Shown here: positions 18,155 to 26,153 of the stretch, piece after piece
Numbering within the stretch: position 1 is the stretch's first letter
How the letters are laid out: the number at the start of each line of letters is the position of its first letter
Assembly: GCF_022825805.1 (NCBI RefSeq)
Contig: NZ_JAJDWC010000066.1
Coordinates: 4,077 to 68,076, forward strand
From: Phaeobacter sp.
Lineage (GTDB): Bacteria; Pseudomonadota; Alphaproteobacteria; Rhodobacterales; Rhodobacteraceae
DNA length: 64,000 bases
Reading direction: 5' to 3'
Translations under genes and position numbers: made by a program
The notes under the pieces: model-generated
The model's input: the letters and a program-made list of their open reading frames with translations, nothing else
Database searches by the model: none
What the model was told of the DNA's origin: nothing

Positions 18155-20971
18155 GTGCGATTTCAGGAAAACCCTCTCCTGTCGCGCAGCCTATTGTTGA
18201 CCGTTGCGCTTGTGCTCGTGTTGCTCGCGGTGCAATCCGTGCGGCTCGGCCGCGAGGTCCTGGTGCGCCTGGACGGGCTATCCACCGCTGCAACCGACAG
18301 CCTGCAATGGACGTTGTCGCAGGCCGAAATCGAACATCTGCGCCTGGAAACAGAGGTCCTGGCCGCCAAAAAAATCGAAGACCTGGCACAGCTGCGCCGC
18401 TCCTTTGATATCGTCTACAGCCGCGTGGCCACCATTCGCGAAAGCCGTACGTTTGCGCTCGTCCGGGATGCACCTGAAAATCGCGATATCCTCCCCAGGG
18501 TGGTGCAGCGGATCGACCGGTTGGTGGCCTATATTGATGGCCCGGACGAGGCGCTGCTGTTCGGTCTGCCCCGCGTCAGCGAGATTTTGCAGGAAAACCG
18601 CAGCGATCTGCGCAACCTGGCGCTTGCCGGGCTGACAGAACACGCCAAGGCCAGCGAAGAAAAGCGGCTGAATTTCTTTGCCTTGTTGTCGCGTCTGGCC
18701 TGGGTGGTATTGGCGTTATTTGTGGCGCTGACCCTGACAGCGTTGATGATGGGGCGGCTTTATCAGCGCGGCAAGCGTCTGGCGCTGCGCACCCGCGAGG
18801 CGGTGGCCCGGATGCGCGCCATGGTGTCATCGTCGCTTGATGCCATTTTGGTGGTTGATCACGAGGGCCGGGTGCAGGAATTCAACGGTGCGGCTGAGAC
18901 GATTTTTGGCTACACCAGCGCCGAGGCCATCGGTCAGGACATGGCAGAACTGATTGTGCCGGATCACCTGCGCGAGGCCCATGATGCGGGTATGAACAGC
19001 TATCGCAGCACCGGCACCGAACGGGTCATCGGTCGCGGCCGTATTCAGCTGGAAGCCAAGCGAAAATCTGGTGAGGTGTTTCCTGTCGAACTGTCGATCA
19101 GCACCAGCCAACCGGGCGACAGCGGGCCAGAAAAAACCGTGTTTGTCAGCTACCTGCGCGACATTTCTGATCGCATCGCCGCGGAAAAGGCGCTGACACA
19201 TGCCCGGGACGAGGCTTTGGCCGGGGAGCGGGCGAAGGCGGAATTGCTCACCGTCATGAGCCATGAAATGCGCACACCGTTGACAGGTGTGCTGGGCGCG
19301 CTGGATCTTCTCGACGGAACCGAGCTGACGGCGGCGCAGCGCAGCTATGCGGGGTTGATCCGTGAGTCCGGCGATCGGCTCATGGCGCATGTGAACGACG
19401 TGCTGCAGCTGTCGCATCTGGAAACCGGGGTGGAGAACGAAAACCAGCGGGTTTTTGATCTCGAACGCCTCGCCGCCGAAGTGGTTGAGTCCCACCAATC
19501 CAATGCAAGAGCGGCCCGTAACACATTGGAGTTGCGCTGTGATCTCGGTGCCCATGCCATGGTTCTGGGCCGACCGGTCGCGCTGCGGCAGGTCTTGATC
19601 AACCTGGTCGAAAATGCGCTGGATTTCACCGCCGATGGCAGTGTCAGCGTGGATCTGATGCGGCTTGGTGGTGGCGACACGGTCGAAATCTATGTGGCGG
19701 ACACCGGGCGCGGCATCGCCGAGGAGGATCTGGATCGGATTTTTGAAGATTTCATTCGTCTTGATGCCAGCTACGCCCGCAGCAGTGAGGGCACCGGCCT
19801 TGGTCTTGCGATCACGCGGCGCAGTGTCGAGGCGATGGGCGGCGAAATCTCCTGCGAGAGCGAGCTGGGTGAGGGCAGCCTGTTCACCATCACCCTGCCG
19901 CTGCCGGCCGGGATGCAACCTGCTGGGACTGGAACGGATCAGACATCTGGTCAGCGGCGCAGTGGCTTTGGCTCCGAGATTACGGCGCGCGCAGGGATAC
20001 CGGAGACAGGTGCTCCCTCTGGGTCGAGCGCGTGTACACCGGGTCAGTTAATACCGGGCCAGTCTAAACCGGACAAGTCTTCGATGAGCGGGTTCTCAGC
20101 GGCGCAGGGTGCGGGTGCGATGCCCTCAGCCTCCGTAAATCACGCCGCGCGCGCACACCAGACGGCTCCTCACGGTCAAGCGCGCACCGGATCAGGCCAT
20201 CGCATCCTCGTGGTCGAGGACAATGAAATCAATCGCATCCTGGTGGAAAAGATGCTGACCAAGCTGGGCCATCACGTAACGCTTGCGCCCGGCGGCGCAG
20301 AGGGTGTCGCAGCAGCGCGGCAGGACCAGTTCGATCTGATTTTCATGGATGTCAGCATGCCAGAAATCGACGGGCTGGAGGCCACGCGCCAGATCCGCGC
20401 TGGTGGTTACGCTGATGGCGTCGATATTGTCGCGCTGACAGCGCATGCAGGCGCCCAGGATCATGACCGGATTCTGGCAGGTGGGCTGGCCGAAGTGGTG
20501 ACCAAACCCATCAGCCTGGAGCGTCTGGAAGAGGTGATTGGCCGGCGCGTGTCCGGTGATGCCCCACGCCGCAGCCATATTGGTGGCGTGGCGCTCTGCG
20601 ATATCCCGGGGCTCGATGATGAGGATCCTGTCATCGCGGTCAAGTCCTCCAGCGTAGTCGTGCAAACCTCTGATATTTCGCAATTCTTCGGGGCGTTGGG
20701 ACAGGAAAAGGGACGCATGTTCCTGCAGCAATATCAAGGCGATATGGCGGCACTGTTGGGGGATCTCGGCGCAGAAACCAGCCTTAGCGCGGCGCAGCGG
20801 GATGAGGCTCATCGCCTTGCCGGATCAGCGGCGGTGCTTGGTTTTTCGGACCTGCGGCAGGCTCTTTTGGATGTTGAACACGCGCCACAGGATCAGGCCG
20901 CCGATCTGTCAGGGCTCCAGGCAATTTGGCAATTGGCCGAGCAGGAGATTTCCCGCCATCTGGCGGCCTAG
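18155..20971 (+). CDS. hybrid sensor histidine kinase (2 TM + periplasmic domain, PAS, HisKA, HATPase, REC, HPt)
   Basis: H-box LTVMSHEMRTPLTG, N-box LINLVENALDFT, G-boxes DTGRGIA and GTGLGLAI. The REC domain reads RILVVEDNEINR...DLIFMDVSMPEIDG. The C-terminal HPt reads EAHRLAGSAAVLGF. A low-complexity linker of about 90 aa separates HATPase from REC. The start codon is GTG. Confidence 0.9.
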   Translation: MRFQENPLLSRSLLLTVALVLVLLAVQSVRLGREVLVRLDGLSTAATDSLQWTLSQAEIEHLRLETEVLAAKKIEDLAQLRRSFDIVYSRVATIRESRTFALVRDAPENRDILPRVVQRIDRLVAYIDGPDEALLFGLPRVSEILQENRSDLRNLALAGLTEHAKASEEKRLNFFALLSRLAWVVLALFVALTLTALMMGRLYQRGKRLALRTREAVARMRAMVSSSLDAILVVDHEGRVQEFNGAAETIFGYTSAEAIGQDMAELIVPDHLREAHDAGMNSYRSTGTERVIGRGRIQLEAKRKSGEVFPVELSISTSQPGDSGPEKTVFVSYLRDISDRIAAEKALTHARDEALAGERAKAELLTVMSHEMRTPLTGVLGALDLLDGTELTAAQRSYAGLIRESGDRLMAHVNDVLQLSHLETGVENENQRVFDLERLAAEVVESHQSNARAARNTLELRCDLGAHAMVLGRPVALRQVLINLVENALDFTADGSVSVDLMRLGGGDTVEIYVADTGRGIAEEDLDRIFEDFIRLDASYARSSEGTGLGLAITRRSVEAMGGEISCESELGEGSLFTITLPLPAGMQPAGTGTDQTSGQRRSGFGSEITARAGIPETGAPSGSSACTPGQLIPGQSKPDKSSMSGFSAAQGAGAMPSASVNHAARAHQTAPHGQARTGSGHRILVVEDNEINRILVEKMLTKLGHHVTLAPGGAEGVAAARQDQFDLIFMDVSMPEIDGLEATRQIRAGGYADGVDIVALTAHAGAQDHDRILAGGLAEVVTKPISLERLEEVIGRRVSGDAPRRSHIGGVALCDIPGLDDEDPVIAVKSSSVVVQTSDISQFFGALGQEKGRMFLQQYQGDMAALLGDLGAETSLSAAQRDEAHRLAGSAAVLGFSDLRQALLDVEHAPQDQAADLSGLQAIWQLAEQEISRHLAA

Positions 20972-21269
20972 CATCCGCAGGCCCAATCCGTTCACACAGC
21001 GCCGCGGGCCACAACCTGCGTTGCCAGCCCGGCAGTACGATCAACCAACCCACTCTGATCCGCGCCAAAGATCTGCATCTCATGCTGAAATATCGCTTGG
21101 GTCTCGGTCGATGATTGGTCAATATCCAGATAACTGCGCAGCGGTCAAAATGGTGGGGCGCCAAGCAGCGATCAAAGCCGATGGTGGTAGGCAACCCGCA
21201 CAAACCAAAGATAAAACCCACACCGCTGCGATCAATCATGCTGATCCATCACCACAAAGGGGCGCACAG

Positions 21270-22607
21270 GTGACGCGACTATACGAGCCACTGGCCTACA
21301 CCGACCGTCCAATCCAGGATCGATACTGGTCGCGGTTCCTGCCGCAGGACCCCGATCAGCCGCCGCCACTAACCGGGCATCAGCAGGCCGAGGTCGCCAT
21401 TATCGGCGCCGGATACACGGGCCTGTCCGCCGCCATCCAACTGGCCGACGCGGGTGTGGACGTCGCGGTGTTGGACGCCAATGGTCCGGGTTGGGGCGCG
21501 TCGGGGCGCAATGGCGGGCTGGTTTCTGTTGGCAGTGCCAAGCTGGAGGACGCCCGTATTCGCCAGACCTATGGCGCGGCCGACGCTCAGGTGTTTTTTG
21601 ATGCAGAGCGCGCCGCCGTGTCATTGGTGGAGACCTATATCGATCGTTTTGATCTGGACGTGGACCGCCATTCGCGGGGCTATACCTATCTGGCGCATTC
21701 CCCCGCCGCAGTTGGTGATCTGCACGCCTATGGCCGCGAATATTCGGACCGTTACGGGCTGGACTATGAATATATTCCAAAGGCAGAGATGCCCGCCCAC
21801 GGGTTGAACAGCCCCGATCTGCATGGGGCGGTGACGCTGCCCATTGGTTTTGCGCTCAACCCGATGAAATTTGTACTCGGGCTGACCGGTGCGGCGCGCC
21901 GGGCGGGCGCGCGGCTGGTGCATAACTCGCCGGTCAGCCGTGTTGAACAGCACGACGGGCAGCATCTCCTGGTCACCCCAAACGGCAGTCTGCGGGCAAA
22001 AACGCTGCTGATCTGTACCAATGGCTACAGCGCGGACACCGTGCCATCGGCGCTCGCAGCGCGGTATTTGCCGGTGCAATCCAACATCTTGGTCACTCGT
22101 ACTCTGCGAGAGGCGGAGCTGGCAGCACAAGGCTGGACCAGCGACCAGATGTGTGTCGACAGCCGTCGGTTGCTGCATTATTTCCGCCTGCTGCCGGACC
22201 GGCGAATGCTGTTTGGCCTGCGCGGCTCGGTCCGGGTCAACGAGCGGTCCATGCGTGCGACCGAGGCTCGGGCGAGGGCGGATTTCGATCGGATGTTCCC
22301 GGCCTGGCGTGATGTGGAAACGGAGTATTTCTGGTCAGGTCTGATCTGTTTGACCCGCAGCTTGGTGCCATTTGTCGGGCCAATTCCCGGGCTTGCGCAG
22401 GCTTATGCAGGCCTCGGTTTTCATGGCAGCGGTGTCACCATGGCGCCTTATGCCGGGGCCTTGCTGGCGGATCTTGTTCTGGGGCGGCAGGCGCGGCCTC
22501 ATCCGGATCTGATGAAACGGGCTCCCAAACGCTTTGAACTGGGTCGTTGGCGGCGCGGCGCCTTGCCCCTGGCATTTGCCTACTATGGGCTGCGCGACAG
22601 GATGTGA
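21270..22607 (+). CDS. FAD-dependent oxidoreductase (DAO family, gamma-glutamylputrescine oxidase-like)
   Basis: VAIIGAGYTGLSAAIQLADAGVDVAVLDANGPGWGASGRNGG forms a Rossmann dinucleotide motif. The in-frame GTG at 21270 after AAAGGGG gives a family-typical N-terminus; the track ORF from 20802 overlaps the kinase gene and is too long. Confidence 0.8.
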   Translation: MTRLYEPLAYTDRPIQDRYWSRFLPQDPDQPPPLTGHQQAEVAIIGAGYTGLSAAIQLADAGVDVAVLDANGPGWGASGRNGGLVSVGSAKLEDARIRQTYGAADAQVFFDAERAAVSLVETYIDRFDLDVDRHSRGYTYLAHSPAAVGDLHAYGREYSDRYGLDYEYIPKAEMPAHGLNSPDLHGAVTLPIGFALNPMKFVLGLTGAARRAGARLVHNSPVSRVEQHDGQHLLVTPNGSLRAKTLLICTNGYSADTVPSALAARYLPVQSNILVTRTLREAELAAQGWTSDQMCVDSRRLLHYFRLLPDRRMLFGLRGSVRVNERSMRATEARARADFDRMFPAWRDVETEYFWSGLICLTRSLVPFVGPIPGLAQAYAGLGFHGSGVTMAPYAGALLADLVLGRQARPHPDLMKRAPKRFELGRWRRGALPLAFAYYGLRDRM

Positions 22608-22910
22608 TGGCGCCGCCCTCACACGCATCTTGCGACTGCTCAGGACCTGGTGCGCGCCGTTGCGGAGTATTCGATCACGGTTAGGTGAGCGGGGCCACGT
22701 TCTGGCCTGAACCCGCAATTCCCATGCAGAACCGCCGCCGTTTCCATACATGTTACCATGAAACAACGCGATTTTTAGTCAAAAAGCCACTGTTCACGCT
22801 CCGCGAGATAAACCATCATAGGGGCACAATCCGTATCGATGCTTTGAAAGGTGTTCGACGTCAGTACAGTGACGAGGAAACGGGGTCGTGGCAGTAGCAG
22901 GAAATCGGCA

Positions 22911-24650
22911 ATGATGACGATATCGTCCAGTTTAAGGCGAGTTGTGGCCGCGCAGAATGAGCTGGTGAAAGAGGATCTGCCCTCGCGGTTTGCCTCCATC
23001 TCCATCGTGTCTCTTGTTTCGCTGTATTATCTGACGCTGGGCCAGATTGCCGTCGTCTATGGTGTTTATATCCTTGTCGAGTTGGTTGGCCTGCATGTCT
23101 ACCGTCGGCTGCGCCAGCAGGTGACGATGAACAGTGTGATTTTGTTTGTGGTCTCGGCCTTTGTCGGGGTTTGGACCTTCAACACGATTCCGCTGCTGCT
23201 CTATCTGCATGAGGATGGATTCTCTAAAGTGATGGGGGCCATGCTTCTGGTGATCGCGCTCAATCACTGTGTGGTTGCGCGCTCGCACTGGATGTTTTTC
23301 GGCCTGCTGACGGCCTTGCCCATCATCAGCGTCCTGATCTTTCTGGTTGGCAGCACCATCTGGCAGATCGGCAGCCTGACAGAGCTGATCATCGCGGCAA
23401 TCATCTTGCTGATTGGTGCGGCCTACACGCTGTTTGGGATCTGGACGCAGCACCGCATGGCCAACAATCTGCGTGATGCCCTCGCGGATGCGCAGGCCGC
23501 CAGCGAAGCCAAAAGCCGGTTCCTCGCCTCTATGAGCCACGAAATTCGCACGCCGCTCAACGCGATCTGCGGCATGTCGGAATTGATCGCAGAGGGTAAA
23601 TCAGACCCGGATGCCAACCGCGAACATGGCCGTTTGCTGTTCAGCTCGGCAACCGCATTGACCGGTATTCTGGATGACATCCTGGATCACGCAAAAATCG
23701 AAAGCGGGCAGGTCGAATTGGTCTGCTCCACCGCGAACCTGCGGGCGGAACTGACATCTGCGGTCGATATGTTCCGCTTTTCCGCCCATGACAAATCGCT
23801 GGATCTGGGGCTGGTCATTGCCGACAGCGTTCCCGACTTTGCCAATTGCGATATCCTGCGGCTGCGCCAGATCCTGTCCAATCTGGTCTCCAACGCCGTC
23901 AAATATACCGAAACCGGCCGTATTGATGTTGATATCTTTGCCGAACCCTCGGGCCGTAAAACCCGGTTGATCGTGCAGGTGAAGGACACCGGTCGCGGCC
24001 TGTCGGCCGAGGATCTGACCCAGTTGTTTTCTGATTTCTTCCGCGCCGAAAACAGCAACGCCCCCAGCGTACCTGGCACGGGGCTTGGCCTGTCGATTGC
24101 CCGGCGCCTGGCGCGCAAAATGGGCGGCGATCTGGTGGTGGAGAGTGAGCTGGGCAAGGGCAGCACCTTCACCCTGACCTGTGATATCTGGGCGGCAGAG
24201 ATGGTGGCTACTCCAGCGGTTGCCGCCACCACACAGTCCGCTGAAAGCGATGACCTCGGCGTCAAGAGCCTGCTGGTCGTCGATGACACAGCCTCCAACC
24301 GGCGGGTGGTGCGGGCGTTCCTGCAGCGCTTTGACGTCGAATTGCTGGAGGCGGAAAACGGCCGCGAGGCGCTGGATATTCTGGCCACGAAACAGGTGGA
24401 TCTGATCCTTCTGGACATGCGGATGCCGGTGATGGACGGCAAGGAAATGCTGATCGAATTGGCCAAGGCACCACCGGAAACCGCGCAGACGCCAGTGGTG
24501 ATGCTGACAGCCAATGCCGCGACCGAGGACCGCGAAACCTATCTTGCGCTTGGCGCTTCGGGATATATCGCCAAGCCGGTGCGCAAGAATGTTTTGTTGC
24601 AGGAAATCAACCGCGTTGCCGCCGCCGCGGCGCCGCGCGTTCCGTCCTGA
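22911..24650 (+). CDS. hybrid sensor histidine kinase/response regulator with a six-helix membrane N-terminus and no HPt
   Basis: Six hydrophobic helices lie within the first ~190 aa. They are followed by H-box SRFLASMSHEIRTPLN, N-box LSNLVSNAVKYT, G-boxes DTGRGLS and GTGLGLSIA, and REC LLVVDDTASNR...DLILLDMRMPVMDG. The start is uncertain (ATG 22911 after AGGAAA, or GTG 22851). Confidence 0.9.
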   Translation: MMTISSSLRRVVAAQNELVKEDLPSRFASISIVSLVSLYYLTLGQIAVVYGVYILVELVGLHVYRRLRQQVTMNSVILFVVSAFVGVWTFNTIPLLLYLHEDGFSKVMGAMLLVIALNHCVVARSHWMFFGLLTALPIISVLIFLVGSTIWQIGSLTELIIAAIILLIGAAYTLFGIWTQHRMANNLRDALADAQAASEAKSRFLASMSHEIRTPLNAICGMSELIAEGKSDPDANREHGRLLFSSATALTGILDDILDHAKIESGQVELVCSTANLRAELTSAVDMFRFSAHDKSLDLGLVIADSVPDFANCDILRLRQILSNLVSNAVKYTETGRIDVDIFAEPSGRKTRLIVQVKDTGRGLSAEDLTQLFSDFFRAENSNAPSVPGTGLGLSIARRLARKMGGDLVVESELGKGSTFTLTCDIWAAEMVATPAVAATTQSAESDDLGVKSLLVVDDTASNRRVVRAFLQRFDVELLEAENGREALDILATKQVDLILLDMRMPVMDGKEMLIELAKAPPETAQTPVVMLTANAATEDRETYLALGASGYIAKPVRKNVLLQEINRVAAAAAPRVPS

Positions 24651-24821
24651 CACTGCCCTGATCCCATCCCAATCTCAATCAAATGACGCTGCGCTACGGG
24701 TCGACGCCGGGGCAGGGCGGTGGCCTGTTGGTTTACGCTTTCTTCACCCTTCTATGAAAATTTTTACACAACTTTTTGGAAGGCGCCCCGCGGGGCTCAA
24801 TTGTGAAGGTGGCAGAACGCC

Positions 24822-25424
24822 ATGCAGTCGACCCATATTACATTTGACAATTTGAACCAGACCGGCGGGTTGTTCACGCAATTGCTGCGGGCCCGACACC
24901 ATCATTTTGTGGAGCTGCATGATTGGCAGCTGCCCAATGTGCGGGGCATGGAGTTTGACCAATATGACACGCCCGAAAGCGTCTATTGTGCCATCCACGA
25001 CGACGATGTTGTGTCCGCCGGATTCCGACTGACACCAACAACGGCCCAAAGCATCAATGCCAGCTACATGTTGCGTGATGCGCAGTTGGGCCTGTTGCCG
25101 GGCCTGCCGCAGACGGTCTTGGATGATCCGGCGCCGCGTGATCCGGGCATCTGGGAAATCACCCGTGTGTTTGTCTCCGACAACCTCAAAAGCCGCGACA
25201 GGCAGCGGGTGCGCCGGGAAATGGCCGTCAATCTGGCGCGACTGGCGCGGGCGTGGAATGTGCAGTCATTCCTTTGCCTGACATCCGTCACGGCCGCGCT
25301 CTTGACCCTGAAAGTCGGGTTTGATCTGTCCCCTGCCGGTCCAAGGTTCGAGGTCGCGGGCGAAACCTGCCAGGCCTATCGCTTGCAACTGGCCGCCAAC
25401 ACAGCGCGCAGCCAGGCGGCCTGA
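24822..25424 (+). CDS. acyl-homoserine-lactone synthase (LuxI family)
   Basis: 200 aa with R25-x3-F29-x5-W35-x8-E44-x-D46-x2-D49, in register with V. fischeri LuxI as I recall it. Also has FRLTPTT (LuxI WRLLPTT), WEITRVF (LuxI VELSRF) and CLTSVTA (LuxI TVTSTA). Confidence 0.85.
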   Translation: MQSTHITFDNLNQTGGLFTQLLRARHHHFVELHDWQLPNVRGMEFDQYDTPESVYCAIHDDDVVSAGFRLTPTTAQSINASYMLRDAQLGLLPGLPQTVLDDPAPRDPGIWEITRVFVSDNLKSRDRQRVRREMAVNLARLARAWNVQSFLCLTSVTAALLTLKVGFDLSPAGPRFEVAGETCQAYRLQLAANTARSQAA

Positions 25425-25493
25425 AGCGAACACCTTTGGGGGCTTGCGGGAGCTCACTTAATTTCAGCTATGCAGGCCAGACCAGCGGCCGCA

Positions 25494-26153
25494 TCAGCCC
25501 TGTTGTGGCTGCCTGCCACTGCCTGCCATCCAGTCGGCGCAGGCTGTTGCCACGGCCTCATATGTTGCTTTGCCAATCGCCTCTCCGATGGCTGTGTGCA
25601 ACCCGGCATAGGGCTGCGTTCCGGTCGGGGCCGCCACTGCAACGCAATCGGTGCCGGTGCCCGTGGCGAGGCCCGAGCGCAGCATGAGACCTGCGTCGAT
25701 CACCGCGGCGGTGCGCGCTTGCACCACAAGGCTCATGGCCTCGATCAGGGCGGCGTCGGTGATCCCCTCGGACAGCTGCAGGGCGATATTGATCGTGCCC
25801 CAATCCCGCCCGCTGTGATCCAGCCGATGGCCGATCCGTTCCGCATTGGACAGACCCACGGTGGCCACCACATGAGCGGTTATGCCCTCGACCTCGGCCC
25901 GTGCTTCGGTGAATTGGCGCACATCGCGAGAGGTCAGGAAACCCACGGCTTGGGCCGCGCCCCGTTGGTGCAGCTCCGCCTCATACCAGGTCGCAGCGTC
26001 CAGTTCCGGGGGCAGATCGCGGTTGCGCACTTCCCGCCATAGGATCTGCTGCGCACGCACCAGCCCCGGTCGGTTGACCGCCCAGCTGAGCACTGTCATC
26101 TCCTGACCAAGATCAAAAGTCAGCCAGGGCCGCTCCAACGTCAGATGTCCCAT
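25494..26153 (-). CDS. cbiZ: adenosylcobinamide amidohydrolase CbiZ
   Basis: About 219 aa with VGFLTSRDV, GTINIALQL and ATGTGTDCVAV, which resemble CbiZ. It is the last gene of the riboswitch-controlled btu operon, with its start overlapping the ATPase stop (TGATG). Confidence 0.7.
   Translation of the reverse strand: MGHLTLERPWLTFDLGQEMTVLSWAVNRPGLVRAQQILWREVRNRDLPPELDAATWYEAELHQRGAAQAVGFLTSRDVRQFTEARAEVEGITAHVVATVGLSNAERIGHRLDHSGRDWGTINIALQLSEGITDAALIEAMSLVVQARTAAVIDAGLMLRSGLATGTGTDCVAVAAPTGTQPYAGLHTAIGEAIGKATYEAVATACADWMAGSGRQPQQG

Noticed and set aside
20784-21239. 151-aa minus-strand ORF in the gap between the kinase and the FAD oxidoreductase
   Set aside because: It overlaps the 3' end of the kinase gene, has no ribosome-binding site, and its translation is Pro/Arg-rich and non-coding-like.
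18827-24653. Long minus-strand ORFs (18827-19918, 23601-24653, 23687-24514) inside the kinase genes
   Set aside because: They lie opposite kinase genes that have complete H, N and G boxes and REC motifs. They are shadow ORFs.
24651-24821. lux box upstream of the AHL synthase gene
   Set aside because: I found no 18-20 bp dyad of the CTG-N10-CAG type, only a short CCTTC...GAAGG pair with a long spacer.
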